Shown piece after piece: positions 1 to 12,538 of a stretch of DNA of 64,000 bases (within the stretch, counting starts at the first letter, position 1; each line of letters begins with the position of its first letter). The position numbers and the translations under genes were made by a program. The DNA lies in the NCBI GenBank assembly GCA_965153355.1, contig OZ231126.1:28892001-28956000 (forward strand). Reading direction: 5' to 3'. The stretch comes from Flaccisagitta enflata (Eukaryota). Under the pieces are notes generated by a model. That model was given only the letters and a program-made list of their open reading frames with translations, was not told where the DNA came from and did no database searches.

Positions 1-376
1 TTTCAGATCTGCCATATTCGTGCTCCTTGCGAGTCATTTACGAAAGAATATTCAGCGGCAATCATTCTTTGATTACTTGAAGGTATAACCTACTTTTATT
101 TCTTCTCTCAATCACTGACTCTATCCGTGCTCCCAGGTTTTGATGTCGTGTGCGCTTGACTAAAAAAGGGGACGTCTGCCTGTCGGTCGGTTGGTCGGTC
201 AGTCGGTCGGTCGGTCGATCAGTTTTTTCACCATGTCGTTGCTCGCTTTTTAATCATTTTTGGCTAGTTTTCTTCTTGTTTCTTCCTCGAACTTCTCTTG
301 TTGGTCTGTATCTGTTTTGCACTCACGCCCCCGTAATCACCTCCGTCACACGCCGTCGGCACGTCTGTCGCTCTCT

Positions 377-1651
<1,275 letters not shown>

Positions 1652-1664
1652 CAGATCAACTTAC

Positions 1665-1848
1665 GCGATTGTGACGCACGCCTCCCTGACGACCTGCGAC
1701 CTCAAATCTTTGGTCGTCGTCATGAAAGGGTTCTCGAGGGTTCGTAGGCAAGGATGAAATTCGTCGGGGAAATTGACGACGCCGTCGGCGATGAACAGAC
1801 CCCGAAGACGCTTCAATGCCACAACGCGCTTCTCCCAATCCAGATTGC
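1665..1848 (-). CDS. CLASP: CLASP TOG2 exon (gene continues beyond the left edge of the window)
   Basis: ctctag|GC AAT...ATC GC|gtaagt. GNLDWEKRVVALKRLRGL...KDLRSQVVREACVTIA contains the diagnostic CLASP motif KDLRSQVVREAC. Confidence 0.95.
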
Positions 1849-2423
1849 CTAGAGGGAAAATGATCAATAAGATGTAATTTTTTTGAAATGGTTGATGTGA
1901 ACAGGCTTCATAATATCCAACACCAAAATTTCCACCACCAAAATTCCCTTACTTATTGTACCAAACTTTTTTATGTAACCAAAATTAATGAGGGCTGATG
2001 GGATATAATGGCTCAACTGCCAGGGTAAACTGGGTCAACTTAATTCATTGCAAGTGTTAGTTTTGGCAAAATCTGTTTTCAGCAAAAACACCAAATTCCA
2101 AAAGATTCAAAATGACAAATAACTCCCTCAGATTTTTTGAAAAAAGTGGTTGGCCAATTTTACCCCTGGCAATCTATTTCATCCGTCTCTACCCAAGTGT
2201 ACTTTAAAACTCAGTTTATACTTCAACATTATCCATGGTATCACTCGCCACAACTCCCCTTTGCTCTTTTGTTTTTTCGCAGTTTTACGCGATAAAAATT
2301 GTACATCTCGGCACCGCGGCTCCAGTTAACCAAAAGAGCAACGATGGAACCGGAAGTGGGACGCACCTTAAACGGATTGACGCTGTTTACAAGGGTTACA
2401 AAATTAATGGCACTTGAACTCAC

Positions 2424-2484
2424 CATCGGCTAGCACATCCTTTATCTGACGCATAGATTCCTCAAGATCCTTTGACGAATATAT
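2424..2484 (-). CDS. CLASP: CLASP TOG2 exon
   Basis: ggcag|ATA...GAT G|gtgagt, 61 nt. IYSSKDLEESMRQIKDVLAD matches CLASP IYSSRDLEESINKIREILSD. Confidence 0.93.
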
Positions 2485-2720
2485 CTGCCAAAACAAAAGG
2501 AGAACGAATGTAGTTAGAAAACTCATGGTTTGAGTGCACCCGACTCTACAAGCCACAAGTCGGTCGGTCGGTCCGTTAGTTGTCCCTCATATGCACCAAT
2601 TTTTTTTGTTTTCGGTCGCCTACCCAATCATAGCCCTGGTCAAACAGGGAGGGGGGGCGAGGGAGAAGGGGGCGTCGACATTTAGCAACGATACCGATGC
2701 AATGCTTTCTGCACTTACGT

Positions 2721-4010
2721 TACACGCTGTATTTTGTCTAAGAACACTGTTTATAAGAACATCAGCCTCAGATATGGTGAAAAAATAAGAACATCCTAAG
2801 AACATGCCCAGGCTCAGATTTTCGCACAAATACATTCTTAAGTACGCTTTATATTATTTTTTGAGAATACAATGAAAATAGTCGCAAAAGCGTTACATGG
2901 TCAGCGGTACCCGATGCCCCTATGTTAGTTTGTTTTGCTGTAAGATGATGAGTGGGGCAGCGGCCCCGGAGGGGCCAATGACCTATAATTCCATGCTGGA
3001 CAATTGCAGGGTCTTTAATACCTGATTTTGGGTCTGAATAGCCTGATTTGAGGTCTTAGTTGCCTGATTTAAGGTCTAAGATGTCTGATTTGAGGTCTGA
3101 GGGGTTTGAGAAGCTTGTTTTGGGGCTTAGAGGCCTAATCTTGAGTCTAATTCAGGGTTGGAGGCCTGTTTGTGGGCTGGGAAGGGCTGATGTGGGTCTG
3201 ATAGGCCTAGTTTGAGGTCTGGAAGATCTGATTTTAAGTTTGAAAGGGCAAATTTGGATCTGAGAGAACTGAATTAGGTACTGAAATGCCTGAATTAGGG
3301 TCTGAGAGGCCCGATTTGAGGTCTGGATGGCCTGATCAGAGGCCCAAAAGGCCTGATTTTAGATCTGAAAGGCCTGATTGGGGTTCTTGGAGGCCTGGTT
3401 AGGATTCAGGAGGCCTAATTTAAGGTCTGGAAGGCTTGATTTGGGGTCTGACAGGCCTGATTGAGGCTCTGAGAGGCCTAAATTGAGGTCTGGAAGCCTG
3501 ATTTAGGATCTGATAGGCCTGATTGAGGTCCTGGGAGGCCTAAATTGGGGTCTGGAAGGCCTGATTTGGGATCTGACAGGCCTGATTGGGGGTCTGAAAG
3601 GCCTATTTTGAGGCCCAGGAGGCTATTTTCTAGGCTTGGGGGGGGGGACAGACGGACGGACGGACGGAAACCGGAAAATTTGCCCTATGTGGAATCATAG
3701 GTCATCGGCCCCTCCGGGGCCGCTGCCCAAAAACGTTGTACAGAATCCTGTAACCTACAGAATTCAACCAATTACTTTTATCATTTACATTTTTATAAAT
3801 TTTATGACTTAATATAAACAAAAATTATAAACACTGAGAATAAAATACATTCATTTCATTGAATATGACTAGTTAGCAACTATGAAAAAGAACTTCCATG
3901 CTACAAAAATAAGAACAGGTTAAGAACATTTGAGGCTGAAAATTGGCCAAAAATAAGAACGCTGAGCCTCACTTTAAAAAACTGTGTTCTTATAAAAAAT
4001 ACGGCGTGTA
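2721..4010. mobile_element. TA-flanked MITE (Tc1/mariner superfamily-like), interrupted by a HINE-like insertion
   Basis: Ends TA-CACGCTGTATTTT...AAAATACGGCGTG-TA with subterminal TAAGAAC repeats. An uninterrupted inverted copy lies at 59325-59769. Confidence 0.85.
2877..3733. mobile_element. HINE/DINE-1-like non-autonomous element family A with internal ~21-bp degenerate tandem repeats
   Basis: One end AATAGTCGCAAAAGCGTTA.ATGGTCA, subterminal GGGCAGCGGCCCC, other end the hairpin CGGCCCC(TCC)GGGGCCG-CTGCCCAAAA. The same ends occur at four other loci in the window. Confidence 0.8.
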
Positions 4011-4071
4011 CATGATAGTTGTTAAACGTATTTGTAATGGGTCCTAAACGCTCGTGGTTAAAGTTACTTAC

Positions 4072-4139
4072 TTGCACTTTAGGGACATCTTCAAAGGCAG
4101 CAAGAAACTCTTCCTCGTTGGTGGCTCCTGATGCTGAGG
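4072..4139 (-). CDS. CLASP: CLASP exon preceding TOG2
   Basis: ctgcag|CC...CAA|gtaagt, 68 nt. ASASGATNEEEFLAAFEDVPKVQ matches CLASP GAVDEEDFIKAFDDVPVVQ. Confidence 0.92.
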
Positions 4140-4968
4140 CTGCAGAAACAAAATTGGAAGAGAAATAGGAAACTTAATCACTCTGTAAGCCAGGTATGAG
4201 ATACGAATTGGATGTGGCTTTTTCTGAGCCAATGGTCCTCCTTATCAACAGCTTTCCAATATCTGTGAGCGCTGCCTAAGTGAGAAGATGGAGATTTCTT
4301 CCATTTCTCACCGTTTAACTTTAAAAATCAATTATCAATAACGCGAAGAAGGTTAGTGTTTCATCATTGTATAAAATATGATATAAAATATGATGGTACT
4401 TTAACCTTTCATAGACAACTCAAGAGTCATGACCCATTGGAAGAAAGCTAAAAACCGCTACTCTTGTAATTTTTTTGTTTTTGTCCCTGAAAAGATTGCC
4501 TGATTTGCTTTTGCAAGTTGAAAGCAAAACGTATGAACATTAAATTACAACACAAAACCAGCTTTCGGATAGATGAGCTAGAGGAAACGGAATGGTAGAA
4601 TTACAGAACAGAAACAACACAAAATTGCACAACTTAAAATGTGAGGCATTCCACTGAGACGCTGGCAAAACAATCAGGATAACGAGTGCCAGGAAACGAA
4701 AACTTAAGGAAAGCAAAAGGAATGATCTCTTTTTTGTTCTTGCTCGGACTCCGGTTACGATACTACAGCTTTTCCTTGGTTAATAACGTGCCTACAGCCA
4801 TCGCGGGATTAAATTTTCATTTCTGCCATGGATGGCATTTAGCATCGTCACGCGTTTCCTTGCCGTAGTAAACATGCGTTGAGGTTTTGTCAACATGCTG
4901 CATGACGTAAACATATACATAAGCGTTGCTCGCTCGGGCATCGAGAAGAGAGAATCAGAATTTCAGAC

Positions 4969-5082
4969 CTGGTATTCCTCCTCCTACTCCTCCTCCACTT
5001 GCGCTGGCGAGCGATCCAGCGCTAGAACTACTTCCTCCCGACGCAGGACGACGACGATTTTGACTCGACGACGGGACTTTGA
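4969..5082 (-). CDS. CLASP: Possible CLASP cassette exon (S/G-rich linker, 38 codons)
   Basis: atcag|TC AAA GTC CCG...CCA G|gtctga, 114 nt, phase 1-1, no stop: VKVPSSSQNRRRPASGGSSSSAGSLASASGGGVGGGIP. The polypyrimidine tract is weak. Confidence 0.5.
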
Positions 5083-5379
5083 CTGATCGGTTCCATTTTA
5101 GTTTTATGTTTGAAGGTGGACAGAATTAAAGACCAGACAGCGGTAACAAATTCAGAGATGTGCATACAGTGAGTACAAGAGGAGGATGTCTACCAATCGG
5201 CTGACAGGTCAAAAGTCAGCTAGGACGCTTGTCAGCTATCAACACTAGCGATAACTCACGAAATGAAGTTAAGAAAGTTCACCAGGTTTCGGTATGAACT
5301 ATTCTATGTACTATAGTACGAACTATACAAAGAACTGCACTACAGTTAAATATCTTGAAGGCAAGTATTCTCTTCTCAC

Positions 5380-5607
5380 CTGATTCTGATTTAGGAAAGT
5401 TGGTATGAGCGGATCCTGCCCTCATGCTGGCGCGTGCCCCTGATCCGGATGTCATTCGACTTTTGACGGCGGATGCGGAGACGGGGGCGTTGACGTGCTG
5501 TTGGACGGGCCGGGTGAAGGTGTGCTCCCGCGACGACGCGTTGGAGGAAGTCGAAGAGGGTGTCGGCGCAGATTCGGGCTCGTCTTCGTAAGACTTGAAT
5601 TGAGGCA
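5380..5607 (-). CDS. CLASP: CLASP linker exon (TOG1-TOG2 linker)
   Basis: ttttccag|TG CCT...TCA G|gtgaga, phase 1-1, 228 nt. VPQFKSYEDEPES resembles CLASP2 KSFDDEES. Confidence 0.85.
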
Positions 5608-6240
5608 CTGGAAAATGAGGAAATTGGGAAAGAGATGGTATATAAAACGGAGATTCGAGACTTGATCACTGCGAGGATAAGCGATCGATGTCCTCGCAGA
5701 CCAACGCTTATCTCCAGTTTTTTACCTAATTCCCCCAACGTCATTTGTAAACAGTACCAGGCTCACTACCAGAACTGTTTTTTACTTGAACAGATCTGTG
5801 CCCTTGTCCTGAATCCACTCGTAGTCAATATCCCCTTGTCAATATCCCCTTGTCAATTACTCAGGAAGTAACCTTTCTTCCATCTGCGTATGTTGAATGT
5901 TGTGGTCAGTCCGTGAGTTTCCAATTCAAAGTTACCATTTCTTTGTACGTTCATACGTCATTCATCGCTTCAGTCTATCTTTCAATCATTCATCCTTTCA
6001 ATCTTTCGAGCATACATTGTTACTCTGCTTCGGTTTATCAAATTGTTTGCACTCGAACTCTTCGTAATACATTTTTCCCACCAACGTATATTCGCGACGC
6101 CTTCAGTAGAACTAAACCGATCTGGCGAGATCAATGGTAAGGAGTGGTTCTCGAAAAAAACAACGATCAATTGAAAGCCCCTCATTTCATGTCCGATTCA
6201 TGATTTGGTTGGTTAGGCTTTTTTCGTCTAGAACTCTTAC

Positions 6241-7408
6241 CATGAAATCCCAGATAATATGTTATGAGGCTTCCTCTGCCTTGCCCACCAACGCATTTTT
6301 TATCAAGACCATTCAAAATGGCTTTCTGAACGGCCTGATCGCCATCTTTCACGACATTCGAAGTAGTCACAGACTGAGACGACTTCGAACCGTTTACGGT
6401 TTTGATTTCGGAAATTGCCGCTCCTTTTTGAACAGATGCTACAGAAGAATTTCGCGCTGGCGTGGATTTAGCGGTAGATTGCGGTCGTTTCGCACCAGCG
6501 TTAGGAGGCGATGACGATTTCTTGGAAGCGGTCAAGGATCCGAGAAGACTCGAGCACATTCTGCCGCTGGCTGCAGCTGGTGTCGAGGCAGAAGCCGGAG
6601 ATGACGAGGCTGCGGAATCGCGACTCGACGATGACAAGCTGCTCGACCTTCGTCGGAATAACGGTCTCTCCACAACGCTCTTGGCCAAGGAAATGACGGA
6701 GGATTTAGAAGGAGTCGACGTTGGAGAAGATGATGACGTTGAGAACGATGGTGACGACGAGGATGACGATTTCTTCGAGACGGTGGTCGTAGAAGACAAG
6801 GAAGTCGCAGATCTCGTCATGGAAGGAGGCACAATCATCGATCGTGATCTACATGTCGTTAATGCGTTTGAGGCGCCGGTAGAAATATAAGTTGACGCAA
6901 CTACAGACGAGGCTGGAACTCTATGAATTTCCCTATTTGTACCGCTGGCTTTGGCGAGGGACGGACGCGGCATCGGCGTTGGTGGAATTGATTTCGATGG
7001 TGCGTTATCGCTCGAAGCAGTGACATCTTTCGATGGAGAATTGACGGTGGAGGAAGAATCGGAAACGACGCCGCTTCGTGGCTTCAGCCGCAATTTCGCG
7101 AGCAATTCGTCCTTGTCTATGTGCGATAGACTCGATCGACGTCGGATCGGGATTAAAGATCTCTTTAAAACGAGAGGCGAAGATGGACACGACGCTGTAA
7201 CATCCGTTTGATCTCCCAAAGTCGACGGGATTTCCGACGTTAACGATTCCGAAGAATGGTTCGAGTTTTGATGTTTTCGATGTTGCTCTTGCAGCGCCCT
7301 GCGTTGGGCCACCGGTATGTGATATTGTCGCGGAGAAGTTTGAAACGCGCCGACGCCAGCACTAGCACCCTGGACATGGTTCGAATCCAACATGGTCGCC
7401 ATCCCCAT
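6241..7408 (-). CDS. CLASP: Probable alternative first coding exon of CLASP (389 aa, S/T-rich, basic, likely disordered N-terminus with SxIP motif)
   Basis: Long non-repetitive ORF with an in-frame stop upstream of the ATG at 7408. The strong donor CAT G|gtaaga at 6241 is phase 1, the same phase as exon 5, so it joins exon 5380-5607 in frame. Contains KRSLIPIRRR. Confidence 0.65.
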
Positions 7409-8001
7409 CACAGTGGGGAAAAAGATGTTTCATGCGATAGTGAAAAGTGAAGGCCAACCTCGACCACCGGTGTTATTCTTATTGCTTTTAAGTTACATCA
7501 CGGCACAGTTGAGCCCCAGCGAGCGATAAAACGATTTATTTTTTTCTTGTAATTGTTAAATAAATCTTTAATTAGATTAAGGTCGCGAATCTCTTTTACA
7601 GCTCGAACTCGAAGGAAATCCGTCGCAGGGAAATCAAGTCGACTAGTGTCTTCTTCCGCTTTCATTATCTTACAGATGATTTTAACACACGATCGTAACC
7701 ACATTTCAAAAACAGTACTGATGAACCTCTCGCCTGCATCTGTTCGAGCTTATTGGTCTGTTGGTCAGCTAATTCGACGCGACGCAACTCCGCGATTAGA
7801 CATTTTTTGCAGGGGTGTATACAGTTCCATGACCTTTGATTAATTTTCCCCCCTGCCTTTGATTTTCTTCCCCACGACGCATCGCGTCGCATTACAAAAT
7901 CCATGATTTTATTCCCCATATAACAATGAAATAGTGTTAAATTGTGTTTTACTAATCAGTTTTTATGATTTGGTACTGTCAAAAGTTTTATTTTCCCCAA
8001 C

Positions 8002-8225
8002 TTTTTAGTTGCGGACACGCAACTCTATAAGAGGCTTTGTCCGTCCGTCGGTCGGTCCGTCGGTCGGTCGGTCGGTCCGTCGGTCCATGGACACGAGTTG
8101 AAAAGTGAGGAAATGAGCGTTTTAGATGCTTTTTGTGTATGTGAGTGGGGGACTTATGGTGTAGATGGAGGTTGGATGCCCCTGCCCACCTGTCCGCAAC
8201 TGATGGCCGTGTATGCGGCCTTGTT
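8002..8225. mobile_element. HINE/DINE-1-like element family C (T-run, palindrome, (GTCC/GTCG)n)
   Basis: TTTTTAGTTGCGGACACGCAACT hairpin, then a GTCC/GTCG microsatellite, ending GTGTATGCGGCCTTGTT. Related copies at 19212, 19580, 31198, 32174 and 49958. Confidence 0.75.
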
Positions 8226-8426
8226 TTTTTCTTTTTCCCCCTTAGATTTCCTTCCCTATCCCCAAACACTTCGATTAATTTCCCCCCGGTGGGGGGGGGG
8301 GGAAATGTAGAACTATATACAGGCCTGATTTTTTGTTTTATAAACTTTTTAATAGAACTTTTGAAAGACTGAAAACTATAAATCAAATTACAGATAGTAA
8401 TGCTTTACATACACACCATATATACG

Positions 8427-9048
8427 TACAGTACCTTCCGAGCAAACCCGGCTAAAACTGGAGGATTAATTTTTGTTACTTTAATTTCATTTCCCAAACT
8501 TAATTTTTTATATCTAATTTAATTAAAAGATACTTTATTCCTTGAATATACTTGGCTGTCAAAAAAAATAACTTGTGAAATCAAAGTGCATGAAGACATC
8601 AGAATTGAGTGCTCCAACCTAGACCATTGGATTCGGCAGAAAATTTTACCTATCCTAGACTACAAGAACAGCTCTGTCAGACAATTATTTTAGATTTCAT
8701 GGCCATTTCAAGTTTTTAAGGACAATTGTCTCAAAATGATTTAGGACAATTGTCCTTAAAAACTTTAAATGGCCATAAAGTCTTAAATAGTTGTCTGACT
8801 GAGCTGTTCTTGTAGTCTAGGATAGGTAAAATTTTTTGCCAAATCCAATGGTCTGGGTTAGAACACTCAATTCTGATATCTTCATGCACTTTGATTTCAC
8901 AAGTTATTTTTTTTCACAGCCAAATATGTTCAAGGAATTAAGTATTTTTTAATTAAGTTAGATACAAAAAATTAAGTTTGGGAAATAAAATTAAAGTAAC
9001 AAAAATTAATCCTCCAGTTTTAGCCGGGTTTGCTCGGAAAGTACTGTA
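8427..9048. mobile_element. Foldback (near-perfect palindromic) MITE, CAGT termini, TA target duplication
   Basis: TA-CAGTACCTTCCGAGCAAACCCGGCTAAAACTGGAGG...CCTCCAGTTTTAGCCGGGTTTGCTCGGAAAGTACTG-TA. The arms pair to a centre near 8740. Confidence 0.92.
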
Positions 9049-10101
9049 CATTGTTATAGACGCAAACAGCCACGCACAGTCAAGACACTCAATATAAGTG
9101 CCGGGTTATTATTCTTATGGTTTCTTCTTTTTATGGCCAGTCTTAAAACTCATTTCATTGTTTTCTTTTAATTTTTTTGAAAAAAAACTAACAATTTTCA
9201 CTTCGGTTTTGACTTTTGAAATCGGAGCCCACATCTTGAGAAAAAAAAGAGATAGGAATATCGAATATAAACAAATCTAAATCCTAGCGGTTTTTTGAGA
9301 AAAAAAAATTCTTCTTAACGAAGAAGGGGGTGAAGGTTAAGCGTAAAACTAAGAAAAAAATTTTGCTTGAGCATTTTCCTTTTTTCCCATTGCGAAAGTT
9401 TCTTGGCAATATTCCCCTCCTCCTCCCTCTAGTTCAAAGATTAATGTAAATGTTTTAATTATGCAGATTGATATACACCGAGAACATATTGATGAGCGGT
9501 CGGCGTTTGTTGATGAATAATGCCTCAGTGTGCGTACCCAAATGCATTCCGCCAACGCTCAAAGCTTTTAGACATTCTTGGACCTCCCGAATAAAATCAG
9601 AGATATACAAGATGAAACGAGAGAAATACAGAGAAAGAAGAGAAACAGACCAAAGAGACTTCGACGGGCAGAGTAAGAACTAAGAAACGCACTACAATAA
9701 GCGAGGACCAAAGAATTAAGTCTGGATCAGTGGCGTTATTATGGACCAAGGTTCGAGATAATTTGCAAAGGAGAAAACGGAGAAAAAAGTTTCTCACCAA
9801 ATCCAGAGGGAATTGTGCTGAGGAGAGCTGGGTAGAAAGGGTAGGTGAAGTGGCTGAAAGAGAGGTACTGTCGGAAGTTTTCTTTATAAACATTCAAGAC
9901 CGAAGAAAATTGAGGAAATTGCTCCAAATGCAACTTTTATTTCTTTTGCGTTCGGAGCGTTTTTAATTAAAAAAATGCTAGTTGTACATGGATGCGTGAA
10001 TTAAACCGACTGTGATGAACTAAAACGGTCGATCCATCGGCTGTGTGATAACCGTACCAATAAAGGCGGCTAATCGCCGTAGGAAAAAATTCGTAAATGC
10101 T

Positions 10102-10174
<73 letters not shown>

Positions 10175-10240
10175 GGACAAACAAACAGATGGACAAACAG
10201 ACAGACAGACAGACAGATGGACAGACAAAGAGAATGAGAC

Positions 10241-10320
<80 letters not shown>
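10102..10320. repeat. (GA)n/(GACA)n microsatellite
   Basis: Directly visible. Confidence 0.95.
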
Positions 10321-10322
<2 letters not shown>

Positions 10323-10962
10323 CTTGTTTTTCCACTTTTGATTTGATCACTATGGATAGACTGATGGACCAACAGACCAACGGATGGACTGATGGACAGA
10401 TGGACAAAGCCACGACTAAAAGAGAGAGACTTTGCTGCCAGCATGCACAATCATCATCAGGGACAATTTGAAGTTCAAATAGACTTCAATAACCTAGTTC
10501 CTAATTTTTGGGAAAAATGCGAATAATGCGAAAAATAAAAAAAGATTCAGAAAGTCATAGCTTTAAAACTATCAATCGCACAGAATTCTGCTTGGCGTCA
10601 TTTGAAAGAGGAGATTTAGCTCTTTTTTAGCTATTAATTTCAGGCGTAGTCTCATTCAGCTCCCAAAATTTACCAATTTCCGCAAACGCCCCATGAGAAA
10701 AAGGGAAAACAACTTTTCTTCGCGGAACTCAAAAAGTCTTCGAATCTTCGAATCTCGACTTTTTTCCAAATTATAGTGACAGAGCGAGGGAGGGATGGCC
10801 ACAGACCGAATGACCGTCAAATTAGAATGGATGAGGAAAGCTTGGGTCTTGCAATGAAATAGGATTGTTGCGCGTAGCATCAAGTGAGTTCACAAGGCAC
10901 TCTTTCTCTTTCTCATCCTATCTAGGAATTAATGAGGGATAGTTTTGGCCAACTTATGATAA

Positions 10963-11571
10963 TACTACCTAGGAAAAAAGTCTTCGTTCACTTGATGAGG
11001 ATGTTCATTTACTGAATAAATATCAAGTGGGTGGAGATTTCTGTTTTTCAGTACCTAATCTGATGTCCTGCCTATGCTATGACTGCTTTATTTGGTTTAG
11101 TGACTGTTTTCTGAGCTCTACAACGAATTATGCAAAGACATGACACTACAGATTTTAGTGCAATTTTTTTCAGTCATTCAGTTGATATCAATCATTCTTG
11201 TTCCAGAGGCTTAATTTTTGGCTAAATGTTTTCAACTGTAGTGAAATCGAGAACAAAGGAACACTCATATGTTGGTCGATATAAAAATCCATGATATGCT
11301 AAATCTACCAAAACAATGTTATGACTGGCATGTTAGTAAATGCACTATAGAAAATAATTTCGCCTCTGATTTTTCTGCATTTTCAAAAAAGGGTAGTCAT
11401 CTTCAAATCGCTCTCATTTCTAAACGCTTTCAGTCACAAGAATGGGATTGGTCCCAATTGGTAGAACTTTTGAAGTAGTTTCTGAATCTCACCAACTTTC
11501 TTTATTTATCATTTCTAGAAATGTATTTATCATTTCTTTTAGGTGAACGTAGACTTATTTCCTAGGTAGTA
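10963..11571. mobile_element. MITE with ~27-bp TIRs and TA flanks
   Basis: TA-CTACCTAGGAAAAAAGTCTTCGTTCAC ... GTGAACGTAGACTTATTTCCTAGGTAG-TA. Confidence 0.85.
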
Positions 11572-12538
11572 AGATCAAGTGGGCCCACAGATGCGCCGGG
11601 TGGATCGTCAAACGTTTGCGTGACCAACCGACCAACCAAGAAACAGACGGACATAACTGGATATAAAGATGCGTTTGCGCACCTATAAACTCACTGACCT
11701 TCACAGGGAGTGACTCTTGTGAGAAAGAGGCATTAGCATTGCACGGTACCGACAGACCAACCCAGAAGGAGGCTTGGAAAGTCAAGTACACCGAGCAAGA
11801 AAAAAAATCGATGATCAATCTTAAATTACGCGGCCAGAGGTTTAAATTGATGATAAAAGTAAATTCTCCGCGTTGCTGGAGTCCGCGAAAGAAAAGACGG
11901 TCTGCCCGTTGGAATGTTTTGCAGGCGTTTAAAGAAGTGAACCCGTGAAAAAGGGGGCAACTGTTAACCGAAATTAACCCAAAAGCACAGATTTTCTATT
12001 TTCACCAGGGAACGCAAATTTTGGACGATAGCCACGATATATACATTACGTGTTAGAGATGGAGAGAAACCCGAGAAGAAACAAAAAAAACAAGCCCAAT
12101 AGGGCAACGATGCGTCCTAGCTGTGCTCTGGATGGAGGAAATTTTGGGGTTGTGACTGGATTTATAGATATATCTTTGAAATATACAATGAGATATTGCG
12201 GCAGTAAGCTATATCAACTGATAATCTTGATGAAGTTATGAGATCACTGCTTTGATGAGTTTTGCATATTGCAGTGCTGATCTTAGAGCTTTTTTATTGC
12301 GCTATAAAAGAGTTTTTATGAACATGATTTCAAAAATACTAAGACGTAAAAGTAAAGAAGCAAAGGATGAAAAATATTTTTTTGAAATGAATATGTGAGT
12401 ATATATGAGGTGCAGTAACAAAACCTTGATGAAGTTTATAAGGGGAATGCAAAAGGATTGATTTGAAAAAAAACTGAATTCTGGAGGTGGGAGGGATGGG
12501 GGCAAGATCCACAAAATGACCAGAATGGCGCAACTCAA

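Noticed and set aside
1-89. Candidate next CLASP exon after gtag at ~90
   Set aside because: In the required phase it hits TGA after about nine codons and does not resemble CLASP; the next exon lies outside the window.
6462-7211. Acidic plus-strand ORFs (142 and 86 aa)
   Set aside because: Antisense shadows of the Ser-rich minus-strand ORF (TCG/TCA codons read as GAC/GAT-rich).
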